From NCBI GenBank assembly GCA_001767955.1, contig MEMO01000023.1:1-50292 (forward strand): a stretch of 50,292 nucleotides of DNA, in the 5' to 3' direction. Below the pieces are notes generated by a model that was given only the letters and a program-made list of their open reading frames with translations, did not search any database and was not told where the DNA came from. This document shows positions 28,058-36,977 of this stretch, one piece after another; position 1 is the first letter of the stretch; each line of letters starts with the position of its first letter. The DNA comes from Alphaproteobacteria bacterium RIFCSPLOWO2_01_FULL_40_26 (lineage in GTDB: Bacteria > Pseudomonadota > Alphaproteobacteria > Rickettsiales > UBA1997). A program made the translations under genes and the position numbers.

Positions 28058-29021
28058 ATCTGTATTAGCGTGGGCCGAGAGAATTCTCGGCAATATCGAT
28101 AATAACAGGCTTGATGCGTTGATTTTGCTTTCCCACATCACTTCTTTTTCCAAAGAAAAGATAATTTTTAATCCTGATTTTAAGTTAAATTACGACCAAA
28201 AAGAAAAGTTTTTTGAGCTTGTTGAGCGCAGAGTAAAGCATGAGCCGATTTCTCATCTTATTGGCAAAAGAGAATTTTTTGGTGCAGATTTTTCAGTCAG
28301 TAAAGATGTTCTCGATCCAAGACCGGATTCAGAAATTTTGATCGAGGCGATTTTGAAAAAATTTCCAGACCGCAATCAAAAATTGAAAATTGTTGAACTC
28401 GGAGTTGGTTCGGGATGTTTAATTATTACCTTGCTTACAGCCTTTAAATCAGCCTGTGGAACCGGAATTGATATCTCCAATGCTGCACTCGAAATTTGCA
28501 AAAAAAACGCCGCAAAATTTGGAATCACAAAACGTTTAACTTTACTAAAGTCTAATCTTTTCAACCAAATTCCAAACAACGAAGCACGAAGCACGAAGCA
28601 CGAAGCACGAAAATTTGACCTCATCATCTCAAACCCCCCTTACATCCCAAGCGATGACATCAAAAATTTACAGCCGGAAATTGTCTTATTTGAACCAAGA
28701 ATTGCTCTTGATGGCGGAAAGGATGGTTTGGATTTTTATCACAAAATTGCAGCAAAAGCAGAAAAATTTTTAAACCAGAATGGGACTGTCGCAAATCCCC
28801 AGTTCCTGCCATTTTTAAACGCGATGAGCCCTTGTAAATCAAGGGTTCAGACTTTGCAGAAAGTTGATTTGCTACATGGCCAGAATGGAAAAATTTTTCT
28901 TGAGATTGGTTATGGCCAAAAAGAAAAAGTGATTGAAATTTTTACTAAAAAGGGATTTTTGTTTATCGAAGCAAGCCTTGATTTGGCTGGCATTACGCGT
29001 GTTTTAGAATTTTCATGTTAA
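28044..29021 (+). CDS. prmC: Release-factor glutamine methyltransferase with two repeat-derived inserts
   Basis: EPISHLIG.REF, VLDPRPDSE, ELGVGSG, SNPPYI, EP..ALDGG.DGL, EIGYGQ, DLAG..R. Confidence 0.95.
   Translation: MESFRSVLAWAERILGNIDNNRLDALILLSHITSFSKEKIIFNPDFKLNYDQKEKFFELVERRVKHEPISHLIGKREFFGADFSVSKDVLDPRPDSEILIEAILKKFPDRNQKLKIVELGVGSGCLIITLLTAFKSACGTGIDISNAALEICKKNAAKFGITKRLTLLKSNLFNQIPNNEARSTKHEARKFDLIISNPPYIPSDDIKNLQPEIVLFEPRIALDGGKDGLDFYHKIAAKAEKFLNQNGTVANPQFLPFLNAMSPCKSRVQTLQKVDLLHGQNGKIFLEIGYGQKEKVIEIFTKKGFLFIEASLDLAGITRVLEFSC
28580..28611. repeat. Heptamer tandem repeat (CGAAGCA)x4.5 inside prmC
   Basis: Read directly; translates as EARSTKHEARK. Confidence 0.95.
28782..28881 (+). 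mobile_element. Family-A MITE, copy 4, in-frame within prmC, read on the opposite element strand
   Basis: 100 bp, 8 substitutions, no indels; AGAAT/AGAAT duplication; QN-[GTVANPQFLPFLNAMSPCKSRVQTLQKVDLLHG]-QN. Confidence 0.95.
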
Positions 29022-29842
29022 TTGCAAAAACCATTACAATAATCAGAAATTTCCTATCACAGGAAAAAAAACTTGGCAAAAAAATCGCCTTTGTTCCAAC
29101 TATGGGAGCGTTGCATGATGGGCATTTGGCTTTGATTAAAAAAGCTCGCAATCTTGCAGAAATCGTGGTTGCAAGCATTTTTGTCAATAAAGCGCAGTTT
29201 AATGATTTGTCTGACTACGAAAAATATCCAAGGCAGTTTGAAAAAGATGTCGAGCTTTTGAAAGAAGCTGGCGCCGATTATATTTTTATTCCTGATGATG
29301 AGGAAATTTATCGCAATGAAATTTCTTTCAGAATTATGTCAACAAGGCTTACCGATTGTCTTTGCGGCGCTAATCGTCCCGGGCATTTTGACGGTGTAGC
29401 TTTGATCATCGTCAAATTATTCAATATCGTGAAACCTGACTTGGCAATTTTCGGCGAAAAAGATTTTCAGCAATTTTTGCTGATTAAAAATTTGGTGCGC
29501 GATCTTGATTTTGATGTGGAAATTATAGGCCATGAACTTGTGCGTGAAACAAGCGGTCTTGCCATGTCATCACGAAATAAAAGATTGTCCGCTGATGCCA
29601 AAATCAAAGCCGCAAATATTTTTAGGATTTTGTTGGAAATTAAACAAAATCCAAAAACCCTTCCCTTAAAACACATAGAATTATTGCAAATCGGTTTTGA
29701 AAAAATTGATTATCTTGAAATTCGCGACGAAGAAAATTTAGGTTTAATCACAACCCATGATGCTCTGTATGATATTCCGGCGAGAATATTCATTGCCGTT
29801 TATCTGGATGACGTTAGGTTAATTGATAATTTACGACTCTAA
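29015..29842 (+). CDS. panC: Pantoate--beta-alanine ligase
   Basis: FVPTMGALHDGH, RPGHFDGV, FGEKDFQQ, GLAMSSRN, RLIDN. Confidence 0.97.
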   Translation: MLIAKTITIIRNFLSQEKKLGKKIAFVPTMGALHDGHLALIKKARNLAEIVVASIFVNKAQFNDLSDYEKYPRQFEKDVELLKEAGADYIFIPDDEEIYRNEISFRIMSTRLTDCLCGANRPGHFDGVALIIVKLFNIVKPDLAIFGEKDFQQFLLIKNLVRDLDFDVEIIGHELVRETSGLAMSSRNKRLSADAKIKAANIFRILLEIKQNPKTLPLKHIELLQIGFEKIDYLEIRDEENLGLITTHDALYDIPARIFIAVYLDDVRLIDNLRL

Positions 29843-29851
29843 TTTGAAATT

Positions 29852-30907
29852 ATGATTTATATCATCATCAGCAATATTGGCATGGCGGTAATGATGATTT
29901 TCATCTATTTCAGATATTCACGTTTTCGTATTAGCACCGCTTCAGAAATTAAGAATCTGCAAAATAAAAACGAGCAGCAAGCGCAGGAACTAAAGGATAC
30001 CGATCATAAATTGCTTCAGGCAACCAAAACCGACAATGACAAAATCCAGTCCCTTTTAACTGAAATAGATGAGTTGCGCAAAGAGAAAGAAAATGAAGTG
30101 AAGCTTCGTCTCAATGCTGAAAAGCAAATCGAGTTAACGATGCAAAAAGTCGAGGAACTACAAAAGCGTATTGATGATTGGCGCGTGATGCAAGATGCGG
30201 TTATGCGTGATTCCAAAGATGCCATGTTCAAAATTGGCAATGATCTTTTCAGAAAACTTAACGATAGCTACAAGCAGGAAGTTGAAACCAACAAAAATCT
30301 TATTGGCAGAGTTTCAAAAACTGTCAGCGAATTTTTTGATAAATTTTCTGTCGGTCAACAGACGCAAAAAAAACCAGCCAATTTGTCAGAATCTGCATCA
30401 GAGAATCATCACGAAGAGCAGCATCATGTCGCCGACGACACAACAAAAAAGCTAATTTCCGACTTGGTCGAAATCATGAAAGCCGGTGGCCATATGGTGA
30501 GTAAAAATTATTTCATGCCGGCAAATTTTGATGAGCAAAAGGCAAAATTGATGTTATGCGAAATGGCTTTTGTTGCTTCAGGAAAATTGCATATTTTTGA
30601 TTTCAAAGCCTGCCGCTATCTTGTGGAATACAATCAGCTTGCGGCCAAGAACAAAGTTATGGCGCAAAATACTCTGAAACAAAAACTCGACAAATATCTC
30701 GCTTATTTAAGCAATCCCAAATATCGCGATTCGATTGTGAAAGTGATGAAGGCAAGCAGGGCGCAGTTTGAGAAAGATGCAATCACGATAGTTGTACCAT
30801 CAATTGCCGATTTGCAGATAATAAAGGAAATACGCTACTACGAAAAAGCGCGCAAACTCGGTTTAGATGTTTTGGAATTTGACGAAGTGAATAACATTGT
30901 TTTGTGA
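29852..30907 (+). CDS. Hypothetical membrane-anchored coiled-coil protein (RmuC-like architecture)
   Basis: N-terminal TM, long coiled coil, C-terminal globular domain with IFDFK. Confidence 0.55.
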   Translation: MIYIIISNIGMAVMMIFIYFRYSRFRISTASEIKNLQNKNEQQAQELKDTDHKLLQATKTDNDKIQSLLTEIDELRKEKENEVKLRLNAEKQIELTMQKVEELQKRIDDWRVMQDAVMRDSKDAMFKIGNDLFRKLNDSYKQEVETNKNLIGRVSKTVSEFFDKFSVGQQTQKKPANLSESASENHHEEQHHVADDTTKKLISDLVEIMKAGGHMVSKNYFMPANFDEQKAKLMLCEMAFVASGKLHIFDFKACRYLVEYNQLAAKNKVMAQNTLKQKLDKYLAYLSNPKYRDSIVKVMKASRAQFEKDAITIVVPSIADLQIIKEIRYYEKARKLGLDVLEFDEVNNIVL

Positions 30908-30908
30908 A

Positions 30909-30925
30909 TTTGAAGACAGGCTCTA
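30909..30925. repeat. Solo family-B terminal repeat
   Basis: TTTGAAGACAGGCTCTA identical to the family-B end. Confidence 0.75.
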
Positions 30926-30950
30926 GGGCAATTGATCAAAAAATTCCTGC

Positions 30951-32726
30951 ATGAAATTTGGCAATCTTCTTTCCCTCGCCCCCTTCTTTGCGCCATACAA
31001 ACGCGATGTGTTTTTTGCCTTGCTGGCTTTGCTTATAACTACGCTGATGGTTTTGTTTTTTGGCAAGGCGATCAAATATCTGATTGATTTTGGCTTTGCC
31101 AAAACAACAACAGGTTATGGTGATTTGTTTTCGCTGAATCTGATTTTGTCGGTTTTTTTGCTGGCGGTGATTGTTCTTGCGGTGGCCGGCTATTTTCGTT
31201 CTTTTCTCATCAATTCAGCGGCAGAAAAAGTAATCTCTGATTTACGAAAGAAAGTTTATGACCACATCATTCGCGTTTCCGCAGAATTTTTTGAATTGAC
31301 AAAAACCGGCGATGTTATCTCGCGTCTGACCGTTGACAGCGTTGTGCTCTATGATTGCATTAGCAGCACGGTTTCATTTCTTTTACGCAATCTTTTGTTG
31401 TTTGCTGGTGGGATAGTTTTTCTGTTTCTAACCAGTTTCAAACTCACTTTAATTTCAATTTTTCTGATTTTTTTTGCCATCGCTCCGATAATTTTTATGG
31501 GAAAAAAGGTGAAGGCATTATCGCATAAATCACAGTCTGCTCTAGCATCAATTGGTTCTCACATTGAAGAAACAATCAATGGCATAAAAACTATTCAATC
31601 CTATTTGTGCGAAGAAAAAGAAGCGCGCAATTTTTTTTCTTTTGTTGATTCGGCGCTAAAAATTTCCCTGCAAAAAATTCATGTAAAATCACTGATGATT
31701 GCTTTTGTCATCAGTTTGTCATTTGGTTCAATCGTGCTTGTTTTGTGGGTTGGCAGCCATGATGTTATCAATGGTAAAATCACTTCCGGCGATCTTTCCT
31801 CTTTTATTTTTTATTCCGTGGTTGCGGCAACCGCGCTGGTTTCATTGAGTCAAATCGCCGGACAATTACAAAACGCTTCAGCTGCCGCGGCAAGAATTTT
31901 TGAATTATTACAGATACAATCCCCGGTCAGAGAAATAGCCAATCCGCAGAGTTTTGAAGTGTGCAAGGAAATCACCGTTAAATTTCAAGATGTCAATTTT
32001 TCCTATCCTGGCCGTAAAGATTTTTCAGTGCTTTCCGGTTTTAATCTCGAAATAAAACCGCGTGGAAAAATTGCCATCGTCGGTTTAAGCGGTTCAGGAA
32101 AAAGCACTTTGCTGCAATTGCTTTTGCGTTTTTATGATGTTGATGCAGGCTTGATAACATTGAATGGATGCGACATCAAAGCGATGTCATTTTCTGATTT
32201 GCGCAAAAATTTTTCCTACATTTCGCAGGATTGTTTCATTTTTTCCGGAACGGTTTTTGAAAATATTTCCTATGTTGATAAATCGATCACCACAGAGGAT
32301 GTCGCAAAAATAATTTCACAAAATCAGGCGTTGAATTTCATCAATCATCTGCCACAAAAAATGCATACATTTGTTGGCGAAAAAGGTATAAAACTTTCCG
32401 GTGGCGAACGTCAAAGAATTGCGGTTGCGCGCGCGATTATCAAGGATTCACCAATTTTACTTCTCGATGAAGCAACTTCATCTCTCGACAATCAAAATGA
32501 ACAATTCATCAATCAGGCCATTCTTGATTTGGCAAAGGATAAAACCGTCATCACCATCGCTCACAAACTTTCTTCAATCATCAATATGGAGCGCATAATT
32601 TTTATCAAAGATGGTGAAATTGTTGAGATGGGATCGCATCAGCAACTGATTGTAAAAAACGGTTTTTACAAAAAAATGTATGAAGCGGAGATGTTTGAAA
32701 TAGATCCTGAAACAAGTTCAGGATGA
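30951..32726 (+). CDS. ABC exporter, fused TMD and NBD (MsbA/ABCB-like)
   Basis: About 6 TM segments, GLSGSGKST, LSGGERQR, LLLDEATSSLD, IAH; C-terminal DPETSSG derives from family-E repeat. Confidence 0.92.
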   Translation: MKFGNLLSLAPFFAPYKRDVFFALLALLITTLMVLFFGKAIKYLIDFGFAKTTTGYGDLFSLNLILSVFLLAVIVLAVAGYFRSFLINSAAEKVISDLRKKVYDHIIRVSAEFFELTKTGDVISRLTVDSVVLYDCISSTVSFLLRNLLLFAGGIVFLFLTSFKLTLISIFLIFFAIAPIIFMGKKVKALSHKSQSALASIGSHIEETINGIKTIQSYLCEEKEARNFFSFVDSALKISLQKIHVKSLMIAFVISLSFGSIVLVLWVGSHDVINGKITSGDLSSFIFYSVVAATALVSLSQIAGQLQNASAAAARIFELLQIQSPVREIANPQSFEVCKEITVKFQDVNFSYPGRKDFSVLSGFNLEIKPRGKIAIVGLSGSGKSTLLQLLLRFYDVDAGLITLNGCDIKAMSFSDLRKNFSYISQDCFIFSGTVFENISYVDKSITTEDVAKIISQNQALNFINHLPQKMHTFVGEKGIKLSGGERQRIAVARAIIKDSPILLLDEATSSLDNQNEQFINQAILDLAKDKTVITIAHKLSSIINMERIIFIKDGEIVEMGSHQQLIVKNGFYKKMYEAEMFEIDPETSSG

Positions 32727-32766
32727 CCCTCAAAACAATTGTCATCCAGAACTTGTTTCAGGATCT
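32702..32766. repeat. Family-E hairpin pair overlapping the stops of two convergent genes
   Basis: AGATCCTGAAACAAGTTCAGGATGAC-N12-TGTCATCCAGAACTTGTTTCAGGATCT. Confidence 0.9.
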
Positions 32767-33564
32767 TATCACCAACGGAATCGCGCCAATCAGATCCTGC
32801 GGCATCATTCCCACTTCTCCCTGTTTTTTAGCGATTAAATCTCCGGCGCTGGCATGAATTTCAACGCCATAAATTGCGGCATTTTTTAAATCCAAACCTT
32901 GTGCAACAAGTGCAGCGATTATACCACACAGAGCATCACCCATTCCAGCGGTTGCCATTCCAGGATTGCCGAATTGACATTCATGCAAAAAATCGTCACC
33001 GCAAATTAATGTATTTTTTCCTTTCAAAATTGCGATGCAGCCGAATTTTTTTTGCAGTTTTTTTACTGCCATTTTTCGATTTCTTTGAATTTGTGTTGTG
33101 TCCAAACCGAGTAAACGCGCTGCTTCACCAACATGAGGAGTGATAATTGCATTTTGTAATTTTAAGATTTTTTTATTTTCTGAAATCAGATTTAACGCAT
33201 CGGCGTCGATTATTTTTGGTAGTTTTGAGGCAAGAGTTTTTTTAAGTAAATCTTTTGCCCAGCTAGATTTCCCAAGCCCGCATCCTATTGCGATTACATT
33301 CTTGTTATCGAAAATTTTTCCGTCGTAAATTGTCATCGCATTGGGCAATCGTGCCAAAAGCGCAGTATAATTTTCCTTACGACTTAAAACACTAACCTTG
33401 CCTGCGCCAGTGCGATAAGCGGCTTCAGCGGCCATAATTATTGCACCTCCCATGCCATAATCGCCGCCGATAATTAATACATGACCAAAATCTCCTTTGT
33501 GAGAATCTGGTTTGCGCTTAAAAAGTTTTGGCAATTTCGATAACAAATGAATTTCTTCCGACAT
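32758..33564 (-). CDS. nnrD: NAD(P)H-hydrate dehydratase (stand-alone; start uncertain)
   Basis: SHKGDFG..LIIGG, G.GLG, IIDADAL, ITPHVGE, LKG, MATAGMGD.L.G. Confidence 0.92.
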   Translation of the reverse strand: MSEEIHLLSKLPKLFKRKPDSHKGDFGHVLIIGGDYGMGGAIIMAAEAAYRTGAGKVSVLSRKENYTALLARLPNAMTIYDGKIFDNKNVIAIGCGLGKSSWAKDLLKKTLASKLPKIIDADALNLISENKKILKLQNAIITPHVGEAARLLGLDTTQIQRNRKMAVKKLQKKFGCIAILKGKNTLICGDDFLHECQFGNPGMATAGMGDALCGIIAALVAQGLDLKNAAIYGVEIHASAGDLIAKKQGEVGMMPQDLIGAIPLVIRS

Positions 33565-34201
33565 TTTTTGAGTTAGGAATTTGATAACCGCCATAAAATG
33601 CAAAATCTTGCGGGAAGGCGTAACTAAAGCCTGTAGCTAATATTCCAAGCGCATGATTTCCGGAATACCAATCGGCAATCAAACTGAAATCATCAGTAAT
33701 TTTTTGTTCAAATCCGCCGATAAAACAGGTGACGCTTTCGCCAAAAATTTGTTTGGTGCCATTGCTGATTCCGGCAGTTAAGCGCGTGTTGCTTTGTGGA
33801 ATGATAATGCTGCCGCTACTGTAAATCCAGTGTCCTATGCCCTGTCCCTGCAATGAAATCGGTATCATTAATCCAAAAATTATTTTTGGCTGATAAGAAT
33901 TTTTTGTGGCAAGAGGAAAAACATTTTTTGCACCAATGCCAAGCGAAACATTTTGTGAAGCCGGCGTGCTTAAATTGAATTGTGTGATGTTGAGTTCAGT
34001 ATCATAGCCAATTCCGTGTGCAAAATAGTTGGTTGCAGCCCAAAACTGACCTGGATCTTTGGCGCGAAATTGCGATTCATGCTGCAAAAAAATTTTATTT
34101 TTTGTGAGTACATCAACAGATGGAACATTGAAAATGGTTTGTTGAGCGTTGGCTTGGAAGCGAATAAAAATGACAAAGAAGAAGAAAATAAATTTTTTCA
34201 T
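33518..34201 (-). CDS. Secreted / outer-membrane beta-rich hypothetical protein
   Basis: Signal peptide MKKF...ANA, amphipathic beta strands, C-terminal Phe. Confidence 0.65.
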   Translation of the reverse strand: MKKFIFFFFVIFIRFQANAQQTIFNVPSVDVLTKNKIFLQHESQFRAKDPGQFWAATNYFAHGIGYDTELNITQFNLSTPASQNVSLGIGAKNVFPLATKNSYQPKIIFGLMIPISLQGQGIGHWIYSSGSIIIPQSNTRLTAGISNGTKQIFGESVTCFIGGFEQKITDDFSLIADWYSGNHALGILATGFSYAFPQDFAFYGGYQIPNSKNVGRNSFVIEIAKTF

Positions 34202-34253
34202 GTTGCATTGAAATAGCCAATCTCCGCCTCTTTGAGGCTTTGTCATACATATC

Positions 34254-34353
34254 GGGACTGTCGCAAATCCCCATTTCTTACCATTTTTAAACTCGACGAG
34301 CCCTTGTAAATCAAGGGTTAAGATTTTTCAGAAAGTTGATTTGCGACATGGCC
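34254..34353 (+). mobile_element. Family-A MITE, copy 5, overlapping the exonuclease 3' end
   Basis: 100 bp, 1 substitution; flanks ATATC/ATAAT (imperfect); supplies PCRKSTF-stop. Confidence 0.93.
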
Positions 34354-35152
34354 ATAATTTTAAAAATTCAGCAAAATGTGATTTTTCTGCGGATTTTTTT
34401 TCTAAAAACTGCCGCAGATTTTTTTTACATTTCACAAAAGAATCATGTGAAATTGAACCGTTGTGATGTTGGTAAATCATATAAAGCAGATAGGTGTTGA
34501 TGACATCAGTTTCACAATAATCGCGGATTTCCTGTAATTTTCCTTCGTCATAAAGTTGTGTTACCATTGAGCCATCAACGCCAATTTTTCCGGGCAGGCC
34601 AAAGGCGGCGCAAAGTTCATTCATTTTCACTTTTGCTGAAGCGCCGAAATCAGAAAATGCTTCGGCCAAATCGCAGTGCCAATCAAGTGAATAACGCTGA
34701 TTGTAATTGTTCCATTTATCGCCACTTTTGTAGAGCCACGCTGCTTCAACAGAATGTTTCATCGCTGCATATTTTAAAACCGGCATGTCAAAATTTTTGC
34801 CGTTGAAACTGACTAATCGCGAGAGATGTTTTTTTAGATGCGAAAAAAATCCTTTAACCAAATCGGCTTCAGAAGAGCTTAAATCACCGCCGGAACGTAT
34901 GTCTGTGATGTGATAAATTTCCTGTCCATTGAAATTGCGTTCGATTTCCGCTTCAAGAAAACTGATGGCAATGATTTGGTGGAATGGTTGGCGCAAAAAG
35001 GAATTTTTCTGGTCGGTGATGTTGAGATGATATTTTATCAAATCATGGCGCAGCTCTTCTTTTGTGGCATTTTGCAGATCAAGCAAATTTCTTGCCGCGT
35101 TTAAATCCGGGATTGTTTCAATGTCAAAAATGAAAAGATTTTGATGTTGCAT
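34328..35152 (-). CDS. PolB-like 3'-5' exonuclease
   Basis: FDIETIPD, SFNG..FD.P, H.DL, YCETDV.NT. Confidence 0.9.
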   Translation of the reverse strand: MQHQNLFIFDIETIPDLNAARNLLDLQNATKEELRHDLIKYHLNITDQKNSFLRQPFHQIIAISFLEAEIERNFNGQEIYHITDIRSGGDLSSSEADLVKGFFSHLKKHLSRLVSFNGKNFDMPVLKYAAMKHSVEAAWLYKSGDKWNNYNQRYSLDWHCDLAEAFSDFGASAKVKMNELCAAFGLPGKIGVDGSMVTQLYDEGKLQEIRDYCETDVINTYLLYMIYQHHNGSISHDSFVKCKKNLRQFLEKKSAEKSHFAEFLKLWPCRKSTF

Positions 35153-35209
35153 TTAGTTAAGTTTTAAATGGAATTACGGCAAATTTAACCCTTTGAAATT
35201 TCCAAAAAA

Positions 35210-36178
35210 ATGCAAGCGATTGTTCTACATAAAGTCGGAGATGCCGACAATCTCAAGATCGAAAAAGACGAAGATCCAAAACCAAAAAAAGATGAAATTC
35301 TGATAAAACACACGGCAATTGGTGTGAATTTTTTTGATGTCTGTTTTCGTAAAGGCCAATATGCAATTTCAAAAATGCCGGCAATTCTTGGCATGGAAGC
35401 TTGCGGTTTGGTCGAGGCGGTTGGAGATGGTGTGACCAATTTTAAAATCGGAGAACGCGTCGCATATGCCACCGGTGGTATAGGCGCTTATGCTGAAAAA
35501 AGAGCAATCAATCAGCATCATGTCGTGATTCCGCCAAAAGAATTAACCGATGTTCAAATCGCAGGAACCTTGTTTAAAGGCTTAATGGCGCATGCCTTGC
35601 TGCATCGTGTTTATATCTCAAAAAGAGCGAAGAAGATTTTGATTCATGCTGCCGCCGGAGGGGTTGGGCATTTGCTTTGCCAATGGGCAAAATTTCTTGG
35701 TTTGGAAGTGATTGGAACTGTTGGCTCCGAAAACAAGATTGCTTTTGCCAGGGAAAATGGCTGCAACCATGTAATCAATTACAAAACTCAAAAGCTCGTT
35801 GATGAGGTGGCAAAAATTACCAACTATGAGGGTGTTGGTTTGGTTTATGATTCTGTTGGCAAAGACACTTTGGAAAAATCTCTCGAATGTTTGTGGCCGA
35901 TGGGCATGTGTGTTTCCTTTGGCGAATCTTCCGGAAATACTGAAAAACTGGATTTAAATCAGATGGTTGCAAACTCGCTTTACATTACGCGTCCGACATT
36001 AGCGCTTTACAAAGCTAATCGCATTGAACTCACAATTTCTGCCGATGAAGTTTTTGCCGCTGTGATGCAAGGAATTTTGAAGCCGAAAATTACAACTTAT
36101 GCTTTCAAAGATGTTGCTAAAGCCCATCATGATTTGGAAAGCCGCAATACGATGGGATCGTTGGTGCTAACTGTTTAG
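35210..36178 (+). CDS. qor: NADPH:quinone oxidoreductase (zeta-crystallin/MDR family)
   Basis: IGVNF.D..R.G.Y, LG.E..G, HAAAGGVG, VYDSVG, AH..LESR. Confidence 0.92.
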   Translation: MQAIVLHKVGDADNLKIEKDEDPKPKKDEILIKHTAIGVNFFDVCFRKGQYAISKMPAILGMEACGLVEAVGDGVTNFKIGERVAYATGGIGAYAEKRAINQHHVVIPPKELTDVQIAGTLFKGLMAHALLHRVYISKRAKKILIHAAAGGVGHLLCQWAKFLGLEVIGTVGSENKIAFARENGCNHVINYKTQKLVDEVAKITNYEGVGLVYDSVGKDTLEKSLECLWPMGMCVSFGESSGNTEKLDLNQMVANSLYITRPTLALYKANRIELTISADEVFAAVMQGILKPKITTYAFKDVAKAHHDLESRNTMGSLVLTV

Positions 36179-36508
36179 GATTACCTTCAAATTCTGTTTG
36201 ATTTTTCTGGTATCAGTTTTGCTTAAAGCGCCGATTTTGCCTTTAACCAAAGCTGTATCAATTGTGAATATTTTCATTCTGATTACGCATTTATTCTGCA
36301 AATTTGTGCCTTCATAATTGGTGATTATGTGATCGCTCCAAAAATTGGAATTCTTGGCGGAAGTTATCATGGATAGAATCAAATTGTTATTTTTCTGATT
36401 ATATTCCTCATTTGATAGAACCAATGCCGGCCTGTGTTTATATTTACTTTCATCATCAGCAAAAGGAAATGGAACAACTACGATATCAAAGGGTTTGTAG
36501 GTGATCAT
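36167..36508 (-). CDS. PemK/MazF-family toxin
   Basis: DIVVVPFPF.D..K.RPALVLS, MITS. Confidence 0.9.
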   Translation of the reverse strand: MITYKPFDIVVVPFPFADDESKYKHRPALVLSNEEYNQKNNNLILSMITSAKNSNFWSDHIITNYEGTNLQNKCVIRMKIFTIDTALVKGKIGALSKTDTRKIKQNLKVILNS

Positions 36509-36509
36509 A

Positions 36510-36758
36510 TTATGATTTTCTGATTAGGTTTTCGAGGTAAGAAAATTGTTTGTCATCTTCTTTTGAATTCCACTCCTGCATGTTTTTTTGCATTAGCTTA
36601 AGAAGATTTTTATCAATTTTTTCAACTTTCTTCAATGTGGCTGAGTTGCCCCTGATTTCAAATGTTATATAGTCTCCAGCATGTATAGCGAGTCTTTCAC
36701 GCACTTCTTTTGGAATTGATGTTTGAAACTTTGTTGTGACTTTTGATAAAGTTTTCAT
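36510..36758 (-). CDS. AbrB/MazE-family antitoxin
   Basis: SKVTTKFQTSIPKEVRERL.I..GD.I.F; 1 bp from toxin. Confidence 0.9.
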   Translation of the reverse strand: MKTLSKVTTKFQTSIPKEVRERLAIHAGDYITFEIRGNSATLKKVEKIDKNLLKLMQKNMQEWNSKEDDKQFSYLENLIRKS

Positions 36759-36782
36759 CAGTAAGTGTAATTTAGTATTACG

Positions 36783-36946
36783 TAGAGCCTGTCTTCAAAC
36801 TCATCACAGCTCGCTTTTTCAGAAATTTTGAGCGACTTTTCGGCAAAATTTTGCCGCTGTATCTGGCATACTGCAAAAAATTTTGCCGAAAAACGAGCCA
36901 AAATTTGTGGAAAAGCGAGCTGTGATGAGTTTGAAGACAGGCTCTA
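36783..36946. mobile_element. Family-B MITE, copy 2, in the TA operon promoter region
   Basis: 164 bp from TA to TA, 2 differences from copy 1. Confidence 0.95.
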
Positions 36947-36977
36947 ATACCGTAATTAATCATTTTTTCTTTTCAAA

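Noticed and set aside
30951-32726. ABC exporter as the T1SS for the RTX protein
   Set aside because: No C39-like domain and no adjacent HlyD/TolC; looks like a generic MsbA/ABCB-like exporter
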